Shown here: positions 41,092 through 51,232 of the stretch, in pieces
Layout: the number at the start of each line of letters is the position of its first letter
How positions within the stretch are numbered: the stretch's first letter is position 1
Source: Histomonas meleagridis 2922-C6/04-290x
Lineage: Eukaryota; Protista; Parabasalia
DNA: 64,000 nucleotides
Reading direction: 5' to 3'
NCBI GenBank assembly: GCA_020184695.1
Contig: JAANOX010000224.1
Span: 310,001 to 374,000, forward strand
Position numbers and translations under genes: made by a program
Notes under the pieces: model-generated
Told to the model about the DNA's origin: nothing
Databases searched by the model: none
Seen by the model: the letters and a program-made list of their open reading frames with translations, nothing else

Positions 41092-41587
41092 TATGTTAAG
41101 GAAAGTGTCATTTAAACGGTCGTTTATCCTCCAATTTGCAAATTTACATAAATTATAATAATATAACCAATTGGGATTACTTCCATTAAATTAAACATAA
41201 GTGCATTTACATAACATTTTTAAATTGTCATAGAAAGTTTTAAAAATTTTTTTCGAATAGGATTGTGACCCCCCATAGAACCATTTTTTAAAAAAAATGT
41301 TAAAACAACAAATTTAAAATAACTTCAAAATTTAATATGTCATAATCTTTATTGGAGATTTAGTTCTAATGCTGAATTAATATTTTTGTTTTAAAAAACT
41401 TTTATGGTAAATCCCTTTTAAATTTGAGGATAAAGTCTTATGTCACAAACTCTAAGATTAATTTTTAATAAGAAAATGAATCGAATAACGAAAGTACCTT
41501 TTTAAATCCTTTTAAAAAATCCTTTTTAACAGTTTTTAAATTAAAGAATATATTCAGTTACTAATGTTTTTTTCATCACTTTTATAA

Positions 41588-42301
41588 ATGTATCTCTTTC
41601 TTTTAACACTTTCTTTTGCTAAAAGCATCGAAATACCTGGTGTTAAGTCAGCATTAAACAAGGTATCAAAGTTCAATCAAAAAATTGATAAAATAAGTAA
41701 TGCAAAAATTCCCCCAATAGAATCATGGATTCAACATAATTCAGAAGATTTTGAAGATGGTGATTTCGAAGATGAAGATATTAATAATAATTATAGATAT
41801 TATAATGAAGATAAAATGGATGATGATGAAGATGAAGAACGATTTAGATCTAGATATTCAAAGAGATTTAACGATAAAGGAGATGATGAAGAAGAAAGAT
41901 ATCAATCTAAATATTCAAGAAAGTATATTGATGATGAAGATGAAGACGATGATATGTATCAACACAGATATCCAAGAAAACTTTATGATGAAAGAGAGGA
42001 TGAAGAAGAAAGATTTCAAAATAGAACTCCTAAAAAATTTGATAATGAAAAAGAATTTGAAGATGAATTAAAATCTCAAAATCCAAATAAGATAAATAAT
42101 GAAGAAGAAGATAAACTCCTTAAGAAACAAATGAAAAAAGAAAAGAAAAATAAAAATAAAAACAAAAAGCAAAATCCTTCTTCACCAAAAACAGCAAAGA
42201 AATCACTTTGGGGTAAATTTAAATCCAAGGTATCAGGGAAAAATAAGAATCCAATGAAGAAAATACTTTCTAAAGGGAAGAGATCAGGTTGGAAGCGTTA
42301 A
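41588..42301 (+). CDS. secreted low-complexity protein with four 19-aa acidic/basic repeats
   Basis: Signal peptide, Inr-like TCACTTTT at 41576, repeats at ~41819-42046 and a Lys-rich tail. Confidence 0.75.
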   Translation: MYLFLLTLSFAKSIEIPGVKSALNKVSKFNQKIDKISNAKIPPIESWIQHNSEDFEDGDFEDEDINNNYRYYNEDKMDDDEDEERFRSRYSKRFNDKGDDEEERYQSKYSRKYIDDEDEDDDMYQHRYPRKLYDEREDEEERFQNRTPKKFDNEKEFEDELKSQNPNKINNEEEDKLLKKQMKKEKKNKNKNKKQNPSSPKTAKKSLWGKFKSKVSGKNKNPMKKILSKGKRSGWKR

Positions 42302-42699
42302 GCTTTCTAATAAAAAGCTGGATTATCCTTTTATTTAATTGATTCTTTTGATAACCCATTAAAAATTATTTACTTATTATTTTTCTTTACTTAGATATCA
42401 CTAAATTTAAAATTAGAAGATTAAAATTTTTTGCATATGAAGCACCGCGAATCGTGTATTAAAAATGAATAATGAGAATTTATATCATTCCGCTTTATAA
42501 AATTTATAGTTATGATTTCTTTTAAATTAAAATTATTTGATGGAATTCCATCACAAAACTTGGTAAAACTTCATAAAGTGGAGTTTAGTAAAAATAATAA
42601 ATCAAAATCATATTCTGAAAATAGAATATTTATTTATACTTTTTTTTTTTTAAAGTTCATTGTATATATTTTAAAAGTAAAAAGCATTAATATTAAAAT

Positions 42700-43377
42700 T
42701 TATTTCACTTGAATTCTTTTAAAAAATTGATCAGAACAATTATAAAAATTTCTTTTGTTCTCAGAGTTCATGAGTGCTTCACTAACAGTTCTATGAAAAC
42801 TTTCTTTTGGCAATGCGGGTAAAGCCAAATATGGATCTGTTTCAATTGGAGTATATTGGAAAGCAAAATCATTCCCTTTAAAAGAAATTTGATTTGTATT
42901 CCTTTTTCTTGGACTTATTTCACTTGAAACATAAATATTATCTGCTTTATTTGGATCTTCTGGATTTGCAACAACTTCAATCCCTTCATCCGTTTCCTGA
43001 ATTTCTCCATCTGTAATTAGTTTTTTATAAAAAGCATTACATTGATATCCAACTCTTCCTGGGATATATCTGGAAAACAACCCCCAATGCCCAGATGTTG
43101 GTGGATGTGCTTTTAATGCTTCAATGAATAATTGTTTTTCATCTTCTGTCCAATGCCCTAATTTCCTTTCTTCTCCAGGTAAAACATGACGGTAGAAAAA
43201 TCCATTTGGATTTGATTCTATTTGCATCCATGCTTGTTTCTTACATGAAGTCCATGAATCAAAATCATCTGGTGTTTTCATATCAGCCAATTTGATGGAT
43301 GTAAATGTGTCTATTTCTGAAATATTATTACGGTCAATTAAGGGTGAAGAATATACATCATTATCTTCAGCGCTCAT
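42700..43377 (-). CDS. single Myb/SANT-domain protein
   Basis: GHWTEDEKQLF...HWGLFSRYIPGRVGYQCNAFY. Confidence 0.8.
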   Translation of the reverse strand: MSAEDNDVYSSPLIDRNNISEIDTFTSIKLADMKTPDDFDSWTSCKKQAWMQIESNPNGFFYRHVLPGEERKLGHWTEDEKQLFIEALKAHPPTSGHWGLFSRYIPGRVGYQCNAFYKKLITDGEIQETDEGIEVVANPEDPNKADNIYVSSEISPRKRNTNQISFKGNDFAFQYTPIETDPYLALPALPKESFHRTVSEALMNSENKRNFYNCSDQFFKRIQVK

Positions 43378-43609
43378 CTAGTTTCTTAAAAAAGGTGATT
43401 TGATTGAGATTTTGACTTGGCGGGCGCCAATACAAAATAACTGTTAACGATTTTTGGGTGCTCTGAAGTTAGCGCCAATCCCCACTTTTTGTATACAATC
43501 CATTTCAAATATAAAATAAAGTTCACAAAGAAAAGTTCATCAAAAAATATTTCGAACATGTTCAATCTCATTTAAAAAAATCACTTTTAATTCATTTTTA
43601 TTTATTTTT

Positions 43610-44386
43610 TTAAAACAAATTAATCGTTGAAAAAAGTACACCAAGTACAATTAATAACATGTTAAGAGTAAGTCCAAATGGTGCGCTGCTGAATGTATTG
43701 AAAGAAATGCAATTTTTATCAGGATCTTCTTTTTCTGGTGAATTTACAAGTTTCTTAAAGTCTTTGAGGCTAAATCCTTTAGGTACGATTCGATAATCCA
43801 TATAATAAGCATTTTTGCATTCCCTATAAATCTTTTCTGCAAATGAACCACACAAAGAAATTGATCTTATTGGAGGTAAACTTTTATTTTCATGATTTAC
43901 GATAAAAGAAATATCTTTTATTTGAGGATGACAAATAGCACAAGGAATATAACGAATTAAGTTATAACATCTTGGGTAAATCTTAAATTTGTAGTTATTA
44001 TAATGCCCTGAAATCTGAGTCATTTCAAATAGTGATATTTTATATGAGTCTGGATCTTTATACATACAACATGTTTCAATTTTTTTATTTACATACATCG
44101 GACATGCTTCTTCAAAATCTTGATGTTTTCCTGCAACATAAGATTCTGAAGGAATAGGATTATAATCTCCATTGTTATATTTTATTCGATTGACACCTGA
44201 AAGAAACATAAATAGAGGCATTTGAAGGTTGAGCGGGTTTTTATCTCCATAATATCCAACAGGAGAATAAAAATTAATAAAATAATTAAGTGGTAATTTA
44301 CCGTATGTTTTTGCTTCTAAATCATCTCGAAGAAGAGATGCACAATCACCAGATATGATTGTTTTTAAGAGGATCACTACAAACAT
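43610..44386 (-). CDS. folate-receptor / NPC1-N-terminal-like Cys-rich surface protein
   Basis: Signal peptide, the Cys pattern C..TCC...C...PCAICHP...LCGSFAEKIYREC, and a hydrophobic C-terminus. Confidence 0.6.
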   Translation of the reverse strand: MFVVILLKTIISGDCASLLRDDLEAKTYGKLPLNYFINFYSPVGYYGDKNPLNLQMPLFMFLSGVNRIKYNNGDYNPIPSESYVAGKHQDFEEACPMYVNKKIETCCMYKDPDSYKISLFEMTQISGHYNNYKFKIYPRCYNLIRYIPCAICHPQIKDISFIVNHENKSLPPIRSISLCGSFAEKIYRECKNAYYMDYRIVPKGFSLKDFKKLVNSPEKEDPDKNCISFNTFSSAPFGLTLNMLLIVLGVLFSTINLF

Positions 44387-44779
44387 TATTTTTTTCTATT
44401 TTGTTTTTAATAGATAAAAACAAAGGAAAAAGTTAATTGAGGAAACTAAATAAGATAAAAATGTTTTATATTAAATACATTTTTACATGAATTTTTTATT
44501 TTTATTAGTTTTGATTTTTTAACATTTTTATTATATTAGTTAATTTATTTCCTTTTGCAAAATAATACTTCAATTTTAAGAATCATTTTCTAAAAATTTT
44601 ATTAATGAACAAAATAACATATATACAAACATATTAACATTTCCCAAATAAATTGACAATAAAAAACTTTTCACTATTTAAGACTTATAGTCTGAGAATA
44701 GAAGAATGATTAAAGAAGCTGTTGAATGATAAATTTTGACTTTGAATAGTTTACAAATATTCGACCATTTTTTTCTGGA

Positions 44780-45388
44780 ATGCTTGCTCCATATCGCGAA
44801 CAATTAGACAAGATGAAAATTATTCTTGGTTCTCAAAGTCCTCGCCGTAAAGAACTTTTATCACCTATACTTAATTTTGAAGTTGTTCCTTCAAATTTCG
44901 ATGAATCCACGATAAATCCTTCACAATTTCCAAATCCAAGTGAATTCGTTCGAGTTCAATCAAGGAAAAAATGTGAAGAAATAGCAACACGTGTTACAGA
45001 TGCAGATATGATCATAACTGCGGATACAATTGTTTTTATTGATAACCAAATTTTGGGAAAGCCAGGTACACATGAAAAGGCATATGAAATGATTTCCAAG
45101 CTAAGTGGACGATCTCATTCTGTTGAAACAGGAGTATTTATTCTTATGCCAAAGTTGAACAAATCTGTTTCTTTTTCTGTTGAAACGCAAGTTTTCTTTG
45201 ACGACCTTCCTGAGGAAGTTATTCGTGCATACGCAGATTCAGATGATCCACTTGACAAAGCTGGTGGATATGGAATTCAATCAGGCGCTGTCTCTCTAAT
45301 CAAAAAGATTGATGGTGATTATTCCAATGTAGTTGGGCTCCCAATTCACGAGATATGTGTTCAAATAGCAAAGCTTTTAAAGCAATAA
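44780..45388 (+). CDS. Maf-family nucleoside-triphosphate pyrophosphatase
   Basis: ILGSQSPRRKELL, ADTIV..ILGKP, DKAGGYGIQ, GDYSNVVGLP. Confidence 0.95.
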   Translation: MLAPYREQLDKMKIILGSQSPRRKELLSPILNFEVVPSNFDESTINPSQFPNPSEFVRVQSRKKCEEIATRVTDADMIITADTIVFIDNQILGKPGTHEKAYEMISKLSGRSHSVETGVFILMPKLNKSVSFSVETQVFFDDLPEEVIRAYADSDDPLDKAGGYGIQSGAVSLIKKIDGDYSNVVGLPIHEICVQIAKLLKQ

Positions 45389-45633
45389 AACTGATTTAAA
45401 TTGGTAACTTCTTTTTATTTGGCTTCGTTGTTCTACAATCGGTATTTTAATTTGATGAAATAATTTGAAATTTTGAAAGTAAAATGAAATATTCAAAATT
45501 TAAATATTAAAAATAACAGAAAGATTTTTAAGGACTTGGAGTAACCTGAGTTTTTTTTGAGAATTCATAAATTCTTAGTTTTGCTTCAGTACTGAAGCGT
45601 GTGAAAAAGACGTTAAATATCCAAAAAGTGCCA

Positions 45634-46137
45634 ATGAGCCGGATAAGAAGAAGAAGAGAATTAGCACCACCACAAGGTTGGGATGAAGTCAAAGATATGG
45701 TAATGGAATTAAATGAACAAATGCGTAACGCTGAAAATTCAGAAGATACTGCTGCTTCAACTCAAGAACAAATATGGGCAGTCATGCGTCTTAATTGGAA
45801 ACGATCAAGACCAATTTATGAAATGCGTTGGAAGAAGCAAACTATGTCCAATGAACTTTATGAATGGATTCTTAATCAAGGCTATGCAGATCGAGAACTA
45901 ATTAATCAATGGCGTAAACCAGGTTATGACAGATTATGTTGTGTCTCCTGTATTTCACGAAACACTGATCAAGGTGGTGTTTGTATTTGTCGTGTTCCAC
46001 GAAACCAACGTAGTAATCGAGATCTCAAGTGTCATAATTGCGGGTGTCCAGGCTGTTGTTCTGGTGATTATTTAGATTCATCTGAATATTCCGATGAAGA
46101 AGAAGAAGAAACAAAAGAACCCCAAACAACAAAATGA
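45634..46137 (+). CDS. BUD31: BUD31/G10 splicing-associated zinc-cluster protein
   Basis: WRKPGYDRLCCVSCI, CICRVP, CHNCGCPGCCSGD. ATG at 45634 (the track start is GTG). Confidence 0.92.
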   Translation: MSRIRRRRELAPPQGWDEVKDMVMELNEQMRNAENSEDTAASTQEQIWAVMRLNWKRSRPIYEMRWKKQTMSNELYEWILNQGYADRELINQWRKPGYDRLCCVSCISRNTDQGGVCICRVPRNQRSNRDLKCHNCGCPGCCSGDYLDSSEYSDEEEEETKEPQTTK

Positions 46138-46239
46138 TATAAAACATATGTTTACTGATATATTCTGAATTTCTATAGTACGATAGCGTTTTTCTGGTAA
46201 AAACGATTTTTTGATCATTGAATTTTCTATCGGCTGTAT

Positions 46240-48816
46240 TTATGACAGCAAAAATCTTGTGTCGAGCAAAGATTCCCTTGCTAATCTTGCTCTACAAATC
46301 TTTCTAAATATTCTCACTAACAAGAAGTCTATTATAAAGACTATGAAAGCAGCTATACATGTTGACTCTAAATGTATATCAATCACACAAAATAATAACA
46401 TATAAAAAATTATTAATGAAAACTCAACACCGCCTAAAAGTGTTTTCTTATAATTGTCATCTTTAACAGGCTTTAAAACTGTCTCATTTAATACTGTAGG
46501 CGGCGCATTAAACACAACTTGTAAAAATCCGGGTTGTAATACAATATATTTGTTTTCGGTTGATGAGCCATCAAATGTTTTTTGTAAAAATTTGTTAATT
46601 TCGTCATAACTTTCTAATGTTTGACTTGAAAGTTCTTTTAACGAAACCTTTAAAGGAAATGTTTTTTGACTCTTTTGTAAGACTTGTGAAATTTGTTGAT
46701 ATTGTTGATAAAAGTCATTAGCGAAATAACACTCGAAAACTTGTTCCTTAGATCCAGCTAGTAACCCTCTAAGGCCTACAAGTCCTTCATGTTCTTCGGA
46801 AAGATTTTGTGATAATTTTTTCATTTCGACATCAGTATGACTATTAACTGATCTACCATGCAAGTAAAACCCATGTGCAGTTGAAGTCGTAATAAATAAT
46901 GAAATATTAGACGTAGTGCATAAATCCAAAAAATTGTAAAATGGGTTACCCCAAAAACGCCGATAGAAAATATGTGTCCAAATGTATTGAACGATAATCA
47001 TTCCGAGCCAAAAGATAGTCGAGATAGCATAACGTAACATCCAATAACTTGATCCAACGTCAATTAAATCAGTTGTAGGTATAGGAATTGAAAGAAATTC
47101 CAAATCTAATCCTTCAAGGCAAAATGTTATTACTATTAATGTGAATGGTACACTATATGAACGTATCGTAAATATTCGATTTAACTCATTCGCAACATTA
47201 ATTCTTCGCCACGCTGATACAGGAACACCTTCGCTCGATGGCGATTCCCAATCCATTAAAAAGAAATGGTTCATAGGTTGAACAAAAAACATTTTTATTA
47301 ATGAAGCAGCGCCTTCAAATGCTAACGCACAATATAAAAAGTTTCTCAAAATTGTAAATTCTAAAATATCCGAATCAGGTAAACACCAAAAAACGAATTT
47401 TTGGAATTTATAAAAAATAAAAACAAAAAGAGAAAAGCCAAATGATGTAATGAAAAAGAATAATGCAATCGTGTCTAAAAATGAATAAACAATTTCAAGG
47501 AAATTATTCGATAACATATTAAAACGTCCCTCAGTCATGACATTAACAATAATTCGAATAATAGCAATAATCAAGGCAAAAACAGCTAAAATAATAACAA
47601 GAATTAAAAAGACTTGTTGGAAGGTTTCCATGTTCATGGAATAATGAACAAAAAATTGGAAAAATGGATGTTGATTCGAGTTTTGATTCGATGAAATCTC
47701 GGCGGTTTTGTACGTTAAGTCGGATTTTGGAATTTCTCGCCTTTCGAGAGAGATAATAGGCGGGTTAATACGGGATTGGTCTTCATTTTGAATGACAAAT
47801 GTTATGTTAGTTCTATTAAGAATTTGGATTGAATTTGTATTATTATTCATTATTGAAAAACGGCGAACACTATGGGTATCACGTTGTGCGTCATAGTAAT
47901 ACCAATTAATTAAAACGGGTATTGGACGAATGATTATATATCCATTTGAATCAACTCCATCTTCAAAAAAAGGTTCATAAAAATCAGTAGGCTCGGAATC
48001 TTTAAGTCTTGTGAGATCAAAAAAGCATTCACATGAATAATCAGATCCAAATTGACGCCATAACTGACCAATATTATTCTTTTGAGAACATTTGTTTAAC
48101 TGGAAAGTAAGTGGTTGGAAGCCTTTAAAAACTCCGTCCCATGTATATGTTGCTAGATAAAATTGAGTAACTTCTGCAAATTCAAAATGTGATAGAATTA
48201 TTTCTTCTGATAAAACATATGTAAGATCAAAGTTGACAGGGTAATCAATAAAAGGACCATCTTGTGGCCAATTTTGGTATTGATGTCGATTAAGATTACT
48301 TCCAAATTGTGGAATATCTGTTAACAAATTGTAAGGAAATTCATTTCTAGAATAACCAAATTGACTAACAAGATTAGAAATAAATTGGATAGACCTTGGA
48401 TATGGTAAAACAGAAACAGTTGAAAAGTAAGCAATTAAAAGATCATATGCTGTTCGACAAAATTCTTCTGTCATTTCGTTGGTACCTATTGTCATAGAAC
48501 AAGCATCATCAGTTATAGTAAATCGTACAGAACTTATTGAATTGATACTTTGAATAGCAGCATTATAAGTTTCGTCTGAAATACATAAATCATAAATTAT
48601 ATGATTTGGAGCCAAACATTCATTTGTTTCTATAAAGTCTGTTCCATTATATGAAACATATGGCTGTGTATGACAATAGAATATATTTGGATTTGATTCA
48701 CAACTAAGACATTCATATCCATATGTATCAAAATATTCTCCATCCTCGCATTCTGTTTTTAAAATAGGCATGTTATCTGGAATTGATCCAGATAGAGAAA
48801 GGAGAAAGAAGAACAT
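46240..48816 (-). CDS. TMEM67: meckelin (TMEM67/MKS3), flagellar transition-zone protein
   Basis: Signal peptide, Cys-rich N-terminus, FLMDWE, VSAWRRINVANE, NFLDLCTTSNIS, GFYLHGRS, LRGL. ATG at 48816. Confidence 0.9.
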   Translation of the reverse strand: MFFFLLSLSGSIPDNMPILKTECEDGEYFDTYGYECLSCESNPNIFYCHTQPYVSYNGTDFIETNECLAPNHIIYDLCISDETYNAAIQSINSISSVRFTITDDACSMTIGTNEMTEEFCRTAYDLLIAYFSTVSVLPYPRSIQFISNLVSQFGYSRNEFPYNLLTDIPQFGSNLNRHQYQNWPQDGPFIDYPVNFDLTYVLSEEIILSHFEFAEVTQFYLATYTWDGVFKGFQPLTFQLNKCSQKNNIGQLWRQFGSDYSCECFFDLTRLKDSEPTDFYEPFFEDGVDSNGYIIIRPIPVLINWYYYDAQRDTHSVRRFSIMNNNTNSIQILNRTNITFVIQNEDQSRINPPIISLERREIPKSDLTYKTAEISSNQNSNQHPFFQFFVHYSMNMETFQQVFLILVIILAVFALIIAIIRIIVNVMTEGRFNMLSNNFLEIVYSFLDTIALFFFITSFGFSLFVFIFYKFQKFVFWCLPDSDILEFTILRNFLYCALAFEGAASLIKMFFVQPMNHFFLMDWESPSSEGVPVSAWRRINVANELNRIFTIRSYSVPFTLIVITFCLEGLDLEFLSIPIPTTDLIDVGSSYWMLRYAISTIFWLGMIIVQYIWTHIFYRRFWGNPFYNFLDLCTTSNISLFITTSTAHGFYLHGRSVNSHTDVEMKKLSQNLSEEHEGLVGLRGLLAGSKEQVFECYFANDFYQQYQQISQVLQKSQKTFPLKVSLKELSSQTLESYDEINKFLQKTFDGSSTENKYIVLQPGFLQVVFNAPPTVLNETVLKPVKDDNYKKTLLGGVEFSLIIFYMLLFCVIDIHLESTCIAAFIVFIIDFLLVRIFRKICRARLARESLLDTRFLLS

Positions 48817-48890
48817 ATTTTTAAGAAAATACGTTTTAAATTCAGATTTTAACGTTCTCAAGGAACTTGTTTAACGTTCTCCAATTGGAC

Positions 48891-50759
48891 ATGGAAAACC
48901 CAATTCGATTAACTACATCACATCTCCCGAGGACAAAGGAAAGAAGAGATAAAGTCCAAATTCCAATTGGTATAATTTTTGATCCTATTCCAGAAAATTT
49001 AACAGTTTATGATTGTGAATTACCTAAATGTACAAAATGTAATGGATATCCGATCCCAGAATCACCAAATAAATGTCCTTTTTGTGGGTCACCAATTCCA
49101 AGTATTAACTTTCAAATTCCATCAGATGCAGAATGGAAAATACAATCAAATAATGTACCAAAATCTATTTTTTTAATTGATACCTCATTTGTTCCTCAAG
49201 ATGGTGGATATTTTACTTCCATTCTTGACACCATATTAAATTCACTTCCTCCAAATGCAATAAATATGGCTTTTGTTACAATTACTACAGAGTTATGTTA
49301 TTTACTTCCAGGTGGCAAAATTGGTATATCTCCTGACCTTGAAGGAACAGTTTTACCACCAAATGCATTTCTTAAAACAAAACCAGAATCATTAAATCCT
49401 TTAATTTCATTTACACATAAATGGAAAAACCCGGATATAATTGCTGCCCTTGATATGCTATCTAATGTTGTTGGTTCTTTTGGTCATATTTTTCTTTTTC
49501 TTACATCTTCTCCATCATCATTTTCTAGAATTGGTGCTGAAACAGAATCTAGTGCATTACGAGGGTCTAACTTTAATGAGAGGCTTCAACAAATTACCAA
49601 AAAACTTCAAGTTCAAAGTGCTAGTATTGATACATTTGTATTCAAAAAAATTAGTCGAGATGTTGATTGTACTTCTCTTAATAAAATGTGCTCCATTACA
49701 GGTGGTAGGCTATTTTATATGAATGCTAATCAAGAATATGAACTTGTTAATTGTTTAACCAATTTTCTTCATTTCAATCAAACTATTTGTGAATTACGGG
49801 CATCTGATGATGCAAAAATCTTGCCATCGCTTGGTCTATATCAACACCATCCTTCTTCTTTCCAAGCAACGTCACCGCAATCTCTTGTTTTCCCACTTTT
49901 GCTTCCCGAAGTATTGAAAAAACCGTTAACGATACAAGCGACCGTTAAATACTATGGGATTGATGGAACCTTTCATATGCGGGTTTATTCACGTACTATA
50001 CCAGTATCCGATGATCTTTCTTTGGTTATAAATAGCTCATATGAGCCATCAATTTTTAAATATATTACATGTTCTTTACTTGATTTATTTTATCATCAAA
50101 ATTCATCAATGGAACAGATGAAAGATCTGGCCTTAGGATTTTTAAAGCCGATCTTCTTTTCATATAGATATCATATATCTCGTAGTCCAAATCGATTTTC
50201 AAATTTTGTCATGCCCGATTCCCTTAAATTATTACCATATCATGTCTTGGGGCTTCTTAAATCCACAGCCTTTTCCCGGTCAATTTCATATGATGATCGT
50301 GGTTATGAATTAGGATCATTAAATTTAATGCGACCTGAAAAACTTTTAGAAATTGGCTTTCCACAAGTTATGGAGATTACGTCCTACCTTAAGGGTGAAG
50401 GAGATATACAAATATTATCGCTTAACGAAGGCGAACTGACAAATGATCGATTCGTAATTCTTTACGATGGATTCAATAGCTATCTATGGGTTGGAAGCAA
50501 GATCGACAAAGAAATCTGTAAAAAGGTTTTCGGCGTCCAAAATCCAGATTTGGTGAATCAAGTATTGGAAGATGGCGACGAAGTGTTAAGTCGATTCAGG
50601 TCATTAATGAGAGGAAATGTTCGGATATTTAAGGAATCGACATCGAATTTACTTGTGCTGTACGACAGATTGGTGGAAAGGGCAAGTACGACACTTCCGT
50701 CGTATCAGCAGTGGCTAATACAGTTACACAGAATCACATTACCAAGAGAACAGTACTAG
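48891..50759 (+). CDS. Sec23/Sec24-family COPII coat protein (Sec24-like, divergent)
   Basis: PIGIIFDP, zinc finger C.KC.GY...CPFC, trunk FLIDTS, LKLLPYHVLGLLKS, and gelsolin-like YLWVG. ATG at 48891. Confidence 0.85.
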   Translation: MENPIRLTTSHLPRTKERRDKVQIPIGIIFDPIPENLTVYDCELPKCTKCNGYPIPESPNKCPFCGSPIPSINFQIPSDAEWKIQSNNVPKSIFLIDTSFVPQDGGYFTSILDTILNSLPPNAINMAFVTITTELCYLLPGGKIGISPDLEGTVLPPNAFLKTKPESLNPLISFTHKWKNPDIIAALDMLSNVVGSFGHIFLFLTSSPSSFSRIGAETESSALRGSNFNERLQQITKKLQVQSASIDTFVFKKISRDVDCTSLNKMCSITGGRLFYMNANQEYELVNCLTNFLHFNQTICELRASDDAKILPSLGLYQHHPSSFQATSPQSLVFPLLLPEVLKKPLTIQATVKYYGIDGTFHMRVYSRTIPVSDDLSLVINSSYEPSIFKYITCSLLDLFYHQNSSMEQMKDLALGFLKPIFFSYRYHISRSPNRFSNFVMPDSLKLLPYHVLGLLKSTAFSRSISYDDRGYELGSLNLMRPEKLLEIGFPQVMEITSYLKGEGDIQILSLNEGELTNDRFVILYDGFNSYLWVGSKIDKEICKKVFGVQNPDLVNQVLEDGDEVLSRFRSLMRGNVRIFKESTSNLLVLYDRLVERASTTLPSYQQWLIQLHRITLPREQY

Positions 50760-51232
50760 AAAAAGGATATAAATAAATATTCACTTTCAACTATAAATAA
50801 TTTATAGTTAACTTTAAAGTGTAATTTCTTTGATATATTCTTTAAATTACATATTTATTAATGTACAAACTTCTAAAGATTTGAATATAAAGGGACCAGA
50901 AAAAACTGTCAGCAGAGGAAGTCTGCCAACCAAAATTATTTAAAAAAATATACAATTAAATTTCCCAAATGTTTTATCTATTTTTTTAAAAAAGAGAATA
51001 ATTTAAAATGATTGCAATTTTTTATTGATTTCCTTTTTCGATTTTTTTGAGGCGTTGAGTTAACGCATTGACAGGTTTTTCGATTCCCTTTAAGTATTTT
51101 TTGAAGATTTTTTTGGAAATAAGAATCAATTTTTGCCGATACAAAAACAGAAATTGAAAAGAACACAAACGCCTTAAAAAAATTATCCAAACATTTACGT
51201 AATAATTTTATGATTTATAAGAATTTATTTAC

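Noticed and set aside
50978-51190. 70-aa signal-peptide-like ORF
   Set aside because: It has a TTG start, lies directly in the 3' region of the PDI-like gene and has an AT-driven composition.
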